NCBI RefSeq assembly: GCF_004010195.1
Contig: NC_057719.1
Location: forward strand, 7,359,753 to 7,379,752
DNA from: Chiloscyllium plagiosum
Lineage: Eukaryota
DNA length: 20,000 nt
Reading direction: 5' to 3'
The notes below the pieces were generated by a model. That model was given only the letters and a program-made list of their open reading frames with translations. It was not told the origin of the DNA and searched no databases. Position 1 is the stretch's first letter, and every line of letters begins with the position of its first letter. Below are positions 11,601 through 20,000 of the stretch, piece after piece. A program made the translations under genes and the position numbers.

Positions 11601-11877
11601 AGTTTATCCTATTAAAAAAGACCTTACAAACTATGAACCGAGAAAAGCAAAATGTACCTCCCTGTCTCTGTACTGAATTCCCATAACGCTTCAAGATCGT
11701 AGAAATGTACATACTTGGGCTGTGCTTCACTCCAAGTGTGATCTTACCTTCCTCATTGTGTGAAGATAAAAACTCCTTCCCCTCCAAGGTCATTCCTTCC
11801 TGATTGAATTGCCCAATGTTAGATGACATACTCCAGATTGGGTGTGATCAAGTGAATTATCACTTCTTCCCTTTGTA

Positions 11878-12943
11878 AAGGTAGTTCTCATATAAAGCGT
11901 GTTTTGGCAGTGCAATTTGGCTATAATGTTGCTGAAGAATTAGGGAACGGTATTTTTGAGAACACTTACCTCTGTTCGCAATAGTGCGATTTCAGCAGCA
12001 ATCATTTTGCACATTTCGTTCTGCACATGTGCGGATGTCAGTGTTGAAGTCTCTGCGCTGTTCTGCACATGCGCCAATTACAGCTGCCACCTGACTATGT
12101 GAGGAATACAGTACTATACGTTCAGCAGCTTTATCTCAAAATTAAATTAATGAATGTTCATTGCTCTCCCTCTGAGACTAGAATATTCTTGCATAATTCC
12201 TGTATAAGCCCTGGATAATTCCTGCAGGACTGCAAAATTCCTACACATATCATTTGCCTTTCTAATTTGTTCTTGTACCTGTATATCACACAACCTACTC
12301 CTAGATTTGAAGTGGAAAATGAGGATATTGAAGAGCTGCTTGAGTCCCACTGTGAAGATCTCTCTATAGCTGATCTACTATAGTTTGTTCCTGAAGGGGA
12401 AATGGAAGCTGGATATGAAAAAGATGAAGTCCAGGATGCAGGCCATGAAAGCTTTCCACTTCTCTTTTGTCTTCTATCCTGAGGGAAATTGAGAGGCAGC
12501 TGCAGCTCTTAGAGGACAATGATTACAATGTAGAGTGATAGTTTGTTCAATAAGATATCATCTGGCACCCTATCAACATCCTCTTCAAGACTAAAGAAAA
12601 TGGGCAAATCAGCAAAAATTGCATGTCTTTTTTAAAACCAACCGCCATGAAACAATCAGAAGACAATTGACCACAGCCATCCACTTCTGCAACCACAACT
12701 GCACCTGAAGTTGGTGATGATCATGACCCTCTGTTCCTGCATTAACAATATTTTTTTTCAATGTAATGTATTAAATTTACTTTTGTTTTGTTAACAAATA
12801 TGATTTAAATCTTCATTCAGGTTGTGCTATACTTTGAGTTAGGCTCTTGGGTGATTTTTGGCCCCATTAGTTCTATTAAGCAAATTTCTGTTAAGTGAGG
12901 GTTCGCTGGAACACCAACTGTGGTGTTGTAGGAGACCTACCTG
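11878..12943 (+). mobile_element. Tigger/pogo DNA transposon, internally deleted (~1.07 kb)
   Basis: Imperfect TIRs AAGGTAGTTCTCATATAA / revcomp CAGGTAGGTCTCCTACAA, with TA on both flanks (11876-77, 12944-45). Transposase C-terminal relics VENEDIEELLESHCEDLSIADLL* (~12312-12383) and QQKLHVFF (~12610-12635). Confidence 0.8.
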
Positions 12944-13099
12944 TACTTTAGTCTCCATGTAATAAAGGCTTAGAGCAGAGACGTTAAGGCAAACTTAATG
13001 AAGGCTTTCAAAAATTAGTATTTTAATGAGAATAACTAAAGAAATTTGGTTAGTAACTTGAGGACAAAGTTTCATGTAAACAACAGTCCAATTCCCAGT

Positions 13100-13345
13100 C
13101 CATGTAGTCAGTTTGCTCTGCAGACAGTAGTGTGTTAATGAACCAATAATTTGTATTTTCTGATGAGTGAAGGATGAATATTAGTCATGTCATTGCAGAT
13201 AAGTTCCACCTGTTTGAAATGACTTTTGATTCCACTTAAAGGCGAAAATAGTGTTAACGCATATGGCATCATTTAAAAGACAGCACCTTGGACAGTGCAT
13301 CACTCTCTGACCACAACGCTGGATTGTTGTGCATAAATCCTGTAC
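13100..13345 (-). mobile_element. Deu-domain SINE, decayed
   Basis: AAAGACAGCACCTTGGACAGTGCATCACTCTC is the reverse complement of the Deu core seen at 2660-2705. Confidence 0.6.
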
Positions 13346-13410
13346 ATGATCACCTTTGCGCACTGATGGTATATTTGCAGATATCATCGCTGCCAGCATG
13401 GTATCTCTTC

Positions 13411-13560
13411 TGGTCGTGTCCATCAGAGCCATCTGAAATCCTTCTTACTGATATTAGTATGAATTATTGATATTGTGGTCGTATCCATTCGAGCCATCTG
13501 AAATGCATTGGGGTAGATATACTGCCACTAATCCTTCTTACTGATATTAGAATGAGTTAT
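13411..13560. repeat. Local tandem duplication (57 bp vs 85 bp copies)
   Basis: 13411-13467 vs 13476-13560; copy 2 carries 28 extra nt bounded by AAT microhomology. Confidence 0.85.
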
Positions 13561-13776
13561 ATAATATTTAATACTTAATTACTTGACATCAAAATTACGT
13601 GACAGTCCTTTTTTCGAGCTCAGGCTATATTTACCACAAATGCATCAATGTTAACTGCATAAACATAGCATTGAACTCCTCCCATGAATTGTCTATGATA
13701 TCCTAGAGCGGAGCTTCTCGCCTCATCCTTGCAGGTAACTGCCTCACAAAACGTTTGATTGTTCATAATTACTCAC

Positions 13777-13845
13777 CCAGGACAAATAAATCCCAACTGA
13801 TCATTCCAAAACGGTGGTGAGCGGTTAGAAAGCGGAAGAGGGTAA
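13777..13845 (-). other. Predicted first exon of a divergent minus-strand transcript (identity unknown, possibly non-coding)
   Basis: Consensus donor GGG|GTGAGT (ac at 13775-13776 on +). Pyrimidine initiator-like CCCTCTTCCGCTTTCT at 13827-13842 on the left edge of the CpG island. Confidence 0.5.
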
Positions 13846-14290
13846 AACTCATCAATCTTGAAACTCCCTCTCTGCCTCCATCAGGCACAGGTCGTTTTTT
13901 TTTGGCAATCAAAATCCTCTTTGCCCTCTCCTCGTTCGCGGCTCCACAAATGACCAATCAGAGAGCGCTGAGGCCCGTTATCCAATCAGAGAAAGAAGGC
14001 GCTCGGCACATTCGACCAATGGGATCCGAAATGGGGCAGTGAGGCGAGGCGTCGATGTTGACCTGTCAGAGGCCCCGGGCGTGCGGAACCAATGGGAGGA
14101 GTCGGTTTCGTTGGGGGTGGGGGGGGCGTCAAGGTAACGGGCGCGAGCACGCGGCTTAGGCTTGCCAGCCTTTTAAATGTTGGCTTGAAACGGCCGTTTG
14201 TTCAGCTCGAGCGGAGAGCGGCTCTTTGAATTGATACGGGCAGCGGCGGTGGAGTCCGGAAATGTCAGTGTACCAGAATCGAGGTGAATG
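13800..14290. promoter_or_regulatory. CpG-island bidirectional promoter with NF-Y/GC-box/CHR (G2/M cell-cycle type) architecture
   Basis: Only CpG-dense, GC-rich stretch of the window. CCAAT at 13954, 13982, 14016, 14089; G-run/GC box 14113-14128; CHR-type hexamers TTTAAA 14172, CTTGAA 14184, TTTGAA 14225 (preceded by GAGCG plus a 4-nt spacer, CDE/CLE-like); ETS core CGGAAG 13833-13838. Splice donors face outward on both sides. Confidence 0.85.
14200..14283 (+). other. Predicted exon 1 of plus-strand gene (start approximate; contains ATG 14262, MSVYQNR)
   Basis: Lies at the 3' edge of the CpG island. Donor GAG|GTGAAT at 14283/14284, followed by a drop to AT-rich sequence. Confidence 0.6.
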
Positions 14291-14954
14291 ATCGATTATG
14301 TGTGATAGATCTCCTATATGAAGTATTTATTTATTTGTATAAAACTTCCACACACCACTCCCCAGCAGCTCTGGTGTGTTTGTGTTAGCAGGTTGCACTG
14401 TGTGAGCATCGAGGACTCAGTGGGGTCCTAGTGTCCCTCCTCTCCTTCTCCACGCCAAATCTCAGTTTGCGGTAAACTCCAGTCCTCCTGTTTCGGTGTC
14501 TGAAAACTTTTCTCGTGATCGCTGTCGACTTCTGTTTGGAATGTCCACCCCAGCACCTCCACATCTTTTTGGAATATAATGGTGAAGGTGCAGACAGTTC
14601 TAAGTATTTGTTCAGCTGTGCTTTTCGTGTTGTTGGATGTGGAAACTTGTTTTCCAGTTTTATTTGAACATCGCGAGGGAAGTGTGAACAAACTCTGCCT
14701 TTTCTCCATAGATGCTGCCAGAACTGTTGAGTTTACCCCAGTAATTTCTGGGTTTTTTTCTAAATCGAAATGGCACAGTATCCAGAACCGAACTAAAGCT
14801 CCAGGTTGATATGTTCTTTTTCTGAAATTTTGAATGAACAGTTAAATTTCCCCCCAAAAATGTGTTAATCACGCAAGTGACTGAGCAAGAAGCATCGTTA
14901 CCAAACAAATCTTTTACGCCTTTGCTTCTATTGCTAACTCCTTTTCTTCCCCAG

Positions 14955-15132
14955 TTAATGTCTGGAACAATCTTCCAAAAATTTAAAAAATCTCTATGCC
15001 CTCTAAGGATTCACTATTCAACTTTTTAACAATCGATGTGACCATCTGCTGCCCTCATTGTACACCTCTAAAACTTCCTAGTCAGAAGACTTCAGGTGGA
15101 AGCTTATCAAGTACAAATAACTTGAGTAATAG
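14955..15132 (+). CDS. Predicted exon 2; ORF from ATG 14996: MPSKDSLFNFLTIDVTICCPHCTPLKLPSQKTSGGSLSSTNNLSN(S), phase-2 end
   Basis: Strong acceptor: branch point GCTAAC at ~14933 plus TCCTTTTCTTCCCCAG. Donor TAG|GTAATG at 15132/15133. Frame is open from 14987 to the donor. Confidence 0.7.
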
Positions 15133-18045
15133 GTAATGGAAAAAAAAACTTTATGACAGGCCTGTATTGGAATTTGTAAGTTTGCTGAATGAAATTAACC
15201 AAACAAAATCTGTTTGCAATACCTGTGCAGATGTTATTTTAAAGGTTTTCTGCTTTTACTATGCCATTGACAGGTTAGTATAGCTATTTAAATCACTGGA
15301 GCCTTCGCTTTAAAGTCATCTTTCTTTGAAAAAATGTTTAATCTTGGGTTTAAAAATAACAAAACTCAAAATTAAAAGGACTAAAGCCTTATGAAAAAGA
15401 GGAAATGCAACAGATCTTCTGGAAAACTACAAAATTAGAAAAACAAGCATTTCCCAACAGTAAAATATTGCATAAATGAATCGTGCAGAAAAATTGCTGT
15501 CAACTGCTGTTAGTGAGAAGAACCCAATTTTATTTTGGTTTCTTATTTTGATGGATAATGTGAGTTGCCTGTGAGTTCCTTTTTATATTTTTAAGTGTTC
15601 AAGCCAAAAGTAAATGAGCATTTGCATAAATATGATTGAAATAGATGCACATAATAGCAATACCACAGAAGAAAACATTAAGATAAATTTCCAAAAATAA
15701 ACCTTAAGAGATACTTAAGGATTATATTTGCTGTTCTTTGAATGTGAATTTAAGATATGATGTAGTTGTTAGAAAAGTAGGAAAATGCAAAATAGCAACC
15801 AAGAACGCATAAGATTAATGAAGAGTATGTCTTGGCTCTTGGAATATTATCAAAGTATTATTGTAATTCATTGTGGTCAGAAATAGTTGGTAATCATTGT
15901 GGTGGTTCAGCACATACTGTTGTGAATATTGTTGATTTAGATTTGAGGGGAAACACAGCTCATGAAAATGCACCCCTGTATTTAACATCTGCAATCTGTG
16001 GTTCCTTAGCCACAATTGCAATCTAGGTTTATGTCTTGAAGCTGCTGTAACAGAAGGGATGGATCACTTTTGTGCAGTTGGTTGGAATTGTATGGAAAAT
16101 AGATTGCATTATTTTTCTGAGAACTCTTTTTGGTGTGCTTGTTGCAGAGTAAAGAAGACTATTTTCTTTTAAAACGTGGAGAACTTGCACCTTCACAGTT
16201 ATAAACAACTAAGGGAAGATGCAAAGTGTTCATGTATCATGTTCACAACTAAAGTTGTGTTTAACAAATATGAATTAGATTTGCGATTGGACTGGACAGG
16301 TTGCGATTCGTTGAATGAAAATGCAAGAAAGATTTTACTTTTACTATTGCAATAAAACTAGCCAAATATTCCAGTGAGACATCAGAAAATAAGTGCATTC
16401 TACCCTTTCAAGCGTTTATTCAAATGCACTTTTATAGAAAGTGTGGAAACAAAAGTGTTATCTAAATTAAGTTCTAATGATATGAAATTTTAGCTCAAAT
16501 AACTTTAAATGGGGTGTTCTGAGCCACGATATCAGAAGGTTATGGAGACAAACCTGTAACCGTAGACATCTTTATTTATATTATTTAAAGATATTGTAAT
16601 AGTTGAGTATATGTCCCTTTTGAGTGTAACTCTGTTTTCTGCAAATTAAACATAGTAAACAAGTTGCTAATTATTTAAAAAAAAGACTGTAACTTAAGGA
16701 ATAAAATGAGTGCAATTGAGGAATAAAAGTGTGTGCATGCAACTGACAACCAAAAAGACAAAACTGTTACCAAGTTCTGTATTCAACCCAATATAAATTG
16801 AAGGACCAGTAGCACTCACCAATTACATTGTCCTCTGTACTTCTTATCATGATCACTTCCATGTGAATCTTCAGAAGAAAGTACTTTGTTGGTTTACAGA
16901 TACAATAGCTATACCCTAGCTAGTAAATTTTGAGTGTCTTTTAAAGGTGGTAAATGCTGTAGAGGTGAACATATGACATAAAATATTTTATGAATTATAA
17001 TAAACTATGCCTCAAAATGTGCAGGACCTAAACTCTAAAGACATGAGAGTTTTAACCAAGAAAAAGTGAATTGTGAAGCAAGCTCTAAATAGATGAAGTC
17101 ATGTATTCTATCTTTTTGACCCTGATTAGTTCTGTCACTTATCCACCACACCCTCTTGCATGTTCACTTTTTCTTTCCTGCAGAAATAGAGTGACAACAA
17201 ACATTGTTTGCTTTAGTTCTGTTTAGCTCTTTCATGGCAAGCTCCTCCGATTCTATTAAGAGATAGGTCAATATGAGATTTGACTTTATTCTATTATATT
17301 ACAACAGCAGCAAATTACACTTTTCCCAATGCACCCTATGTCCACACTAATAAGGCAGAATACAATGACAGGCCTCTGTTTGCATAATCCAAAAATTATC
17401 AGCCTCATGCAGAGTGAGCAAATTTATATAACCCAGAACTAAAAATGACCTTTTCGTTGAACTACACACTGCAAAAAATACATGGATATTTGGTGTATAT
17501 TCCTGGGCTAAATTTTTCAAAAAAGAATTCTAGCCATTTATGTATTTCAATTAGTTAATTTACTGCAAGTCATACATTTCTACAAATTAAAATCACTGTT
17601 AGAAACCATTTTGAAATCTCTATTTTAATTGAATCTTTTGAGGAAATCTTCTCTTAGTGCATGTTTCTGCAAAAATTCTATCTTGTTGTCATTAGCTTGA
17701 AGTAAAATTTAATTGAGTGAACTAAGGATTAGCATTATCTTAAAACATATCTCTGATCTCTGTGAAGCATTTGGAATGTTTTACAATGCTGTACAAATAC
17801 AAGAACCACCAGGTGATGTTATTTGAAAGAACTATATTTCCAACAACACACCTGCCTTTTGGTGTCTGTCCATTAGTGATGAGGAGCTTTGTAGGTAAGG
17901 GGAATGCTTAGGAATACACCTCATGCTGATAAAAGCAACACAAATTTGCATTTTTAGATAGTATCTTCAGCACAGTGAAATATCCAAGGTGCTTCTTGGG
18001 AGCACACAACATGTTTTGCTGTGAGCTAAGGATTTTTTTTTTCAG

Positions 18046-18168
18046 CTGTACTCCTGATTTGGAGATGTGTGATATCTGTTACACCTCACTGAGTAGTGAT
18101 CTGGAAATGAGTCCCCTGTTATGCCTGGAGTTATCATCATCATCGATTTTAAAAATTGCATCAAAATA
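18046..18168 (+). CDS. Predicted exon 3 (123 nt, phase 2-2): (S)CTPDLEMCDICYTSLSSDLEMSPLLCLELSSSSILKIASK(Y)
   Basis: GCTAAG branch-like site, T10-CAG acceptor, donor ATA|GTAAAT. Joins exon 2 in frame (AG+C = Ser). Corresponds to the 3' part of ORF 17975..18169. Confidence 0.65.
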
Positions 18169-18548
18169 GTAAATTCCTAATTCATCTGATACACTGAGAT
18201 TAACAGTAAATACAGTTCAGGTTTCTGTTCTTAATAAGAATTACTATTATTTACAAATAAATATATTCTAATTAAAGGTAAACAACTGTGAACATATAAC
18301 TCATTAAAATACTAACACCTTCTAAAATTCTCTTGCATACACACATATATATATTCACAAAAAAAAATTGGCCTTATGAGTATGAGTGGAGAGGTAAAGT
18401 GATGGGGAATCAGTTCAATGATGTCAGTCCTTAGGATTGGATGGATGGGTTCCCTTGGTTTCCCAAATTCTCTCACTTTTCCACAGGAGACACAAAACAA
18501 TTGGTTCACAAATTAAATTGCTTCCTTCAGGCTTTGGGTATTTTACTC

Positions 18549-18567
18549 GAGAGAGAGAGAGAGAGAG
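18549..18567. repeat. (GA)n microsatellite
   Basis: About 9 GA units. Confidence 0.95.
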
Positions 18568-18687
18568 CGAGTGCGACATATCATCTGCTCTTTCAACAGT
18601 CCAAATATTTTTTGCCAGTATCAGGCTCAAAATACCAAATGACCTATTCCTGCTCCTATTTTCTATGTGAACACTCAGCAATCATTG

Positions 18688-18993
18688 TGAAAAAACACCA
18701 CAAAGGTTGGTATCCCATCACCAATTCACCCGTTATTTATTTTCTGTAGTTTATAGGAGATTTAAGGGTGCCAGGATCTAGACTAGGTTACATACAAATT
18801 TTCTATAATAATTCACCAACCCAATGAAAGACCTAACCTCTGGTACAAATGTGGAGATCAAGGCACTTTTGATCACCGTCACTTTATCTTCGGCTGTGAC
18901 TCAGTATTGTCGACTCTGTAGTCTAAGCAGGTCACTTGGGGTGCCTGGAACACACATTTTTCCTTCCTAAGATGTGCACTTGCCTTGGAGAAA
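18688..18993 (-). mobile_element. Gypsy pol fragment (RT C-terminus/connection) joined to an LTR 3' end
   Basis: HLRKEKCVFQAPQVTCLDYRVD and EVRSFIGLVNYYRKFVCNLV*ILAPL. 18688-18742 matches the reverse complement of the LTR end at 1580-1632. Confidence 0.85.
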
Positions 18994-19345
18994 CATAGAA
19001 CATAGAATAATACAGCACAGAACAGGCCCTTCGGCCCTCGAACTAATCTAAGCCTATCCCCCCACTCTATCCCATCATCATCCATGTGCTTATCCAAGGA
19101 TTGTTTAAATGTCCCTAATGTGGCTGAGTTAACTAATTGGCAGGCAGGATATTCCACACCCTTATCACTCTGAGTAAAGAACCTGCCTCTGACATCTGTC
19201 TAAAATCTATCACCCTCAGTTTGTAGTTATGCCCCCTCGTACAAGCTGACGTTATCATCCTAGGAAAAAGACTTTCACAGTCTACCCTATCTAATCCTTT
19301 GAACATCTTGTATGTCTCTATCAAATCCCCTCTTGGCCTTCTTTT
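18993..19345 (-). mobile_element. CR1 LINE 3' end
   Basis: IETYKMFKGLDRVDCESLFPRM..TRGHNYKL motif and an (ACATAGA)n tail at 18993-19007. Confidence 0.9.
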
Positions 19346-19347
19346 CT

Positions 19348-19460
19348 AATCAACCTGTTCAGCGATGTTATTACACACCTTATGGAGCAGATGGGACTTG
19401 AACCGAGGCATCTCAGACTAGGCGTAGGGACACCACCGCTTTGCCTCAAAAGGGCCCTCC
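19348..19460 (-). mobile_element. tRNA-derived SINE head
   Basis: Minus strand A-box-like GGCAAAGCGGTGG and B-box GGTTCAAGTCC. Confidence 0.7.
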
Positions 19461-19464
19461 AAAC

Positions 19465-19565
19465 ATATATGTTAGCCAGGGCTCCCTAATTGGACCAGGT
19501 TAACCGCCTCAATCAGGGAACTCATACTCTGAGATCCACCTGCTGACCTTGTTCCAATTGTTACA
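19465..19565 (-). mobile_element. Gypsy LTR 5' part
   Basis: Starts TGTAACAATTGG on the minus strand; homologous to 545-630. Confidence 0.7.
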
Positions 19566-19654
19566 CATTGTGTGCAGACTCATGCAGCCATGCCATATAT
19601 TGCTTCTTATCTCACTGCTTGCAACACAACATTGTCAACATGAGGGGTAGGGTG

Positions 19655-20000
19655 TAGGTTTGCTTGCTGAGCTGTAGGTTTGATATCCAGATGTTTCATT
19701 ACCTGGCGAGGTAACATCATCAGTAGCAACCTCCAAGTGAAGCAAAGCTATTGTCTCCTGCTTTCTATTTATATCTTTCTCCTGGATGGGGTTCCTGGGG
19801 TTTGTGGTGATGTCATTTCCTGTTCATTTTCTAAGGGGTTGATAGTTCGTTTTCTGAGGGGTTGATAGATGGTATCTAGATCCCTCTATGTGTTTATGGC
19901 GTTGTGGTTGGAGTGCCAGGCCTCTAGGAATTCTCTAGCATGTCTTTGCTTAGCCTGTCCTAGGATAGATGTGTTGTCCCAGTCGAAATGGTGGGTTTTT
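19655..20000 (-). mobile_element. Penelope-like element 3' end: GIY-YIG endonuclease C-terminus plus terminal repeat with hammerhead motif (runs off window)
   Basis: KTHHFDWDNTSILGQAKQRHAREFLEAWHSNHNAINT*RDLDTIYQPL. CTGATGA-TGTTACCT-CGCC-AGGTAAT-GAAAC-ATC at 19690-19723. 23-bp tandem duplication at 19823-19868. Confidence 0.85.

Noticed and set aside
13380..13560. C/D-box snoRNA in the duplicated segment
   Set aside because: CTGA motifs are present, but there is no canonical RTGATGA C box with a terminal stem in the right orientation.
13769..13957. 62-aa minus ORF over the promoter
   Set aside because: Starts at a TTG within a CCAAT box, upstream of the likely TSS; by-product of GC richness.
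6690..14283. Known head-to-head pairs POLR2K/FBXO43 or FAM53C/CDC25C as the identity of the minus gene
   Set aside because: No POLR2K-like or FAM53-like peptide found by eye on the minus strand.
17184..17266. Strong acceptor (TTTTTCTTTCCTGCAG) as a coding exon
   Set aside because: Stops in all three frames and only a weak donor; at most a poison or terminal exon.

Overview
Vertebrate genomic DNA whose repeat repertoire (CR1/L2 LINEs, Deu-type and tRNA SINEs, Penelope-type elements, Gypsy LTR pieces, Tigger) points to a cartilaginous fish, probably a shark (inference). Most of 500-13350 and 18690-20000 is decayed, often nested, mobile DNA, and most ORF-track calls are TE relics or noise. The functional core is a CpG island (~13800-14290) that looks like a bidirectional promoter. 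To the right it drives a gene with G2/M cell-cycle architecture (4 CCAAT boxes, a GC box, CHR motifs) and three predicted exons (~14200-14283, 14955-15132, 18046-18168) encoding an S/T/P-rich N-terminus with weak CDC25C-like character. To the left is an unidentified, apparently spliced transcript. Notable items: an unresolved start region (two upstream ATGs, each separated from the main ORF by one stop or one base), minimal hammerhead ribozyme motifs in Penelope-type repeats, an internally amplified Gypsy LTR, a solo LTR with a clean TSD and a Tigger derivative with TIRs. All family assignments are from memory; no database search was run.
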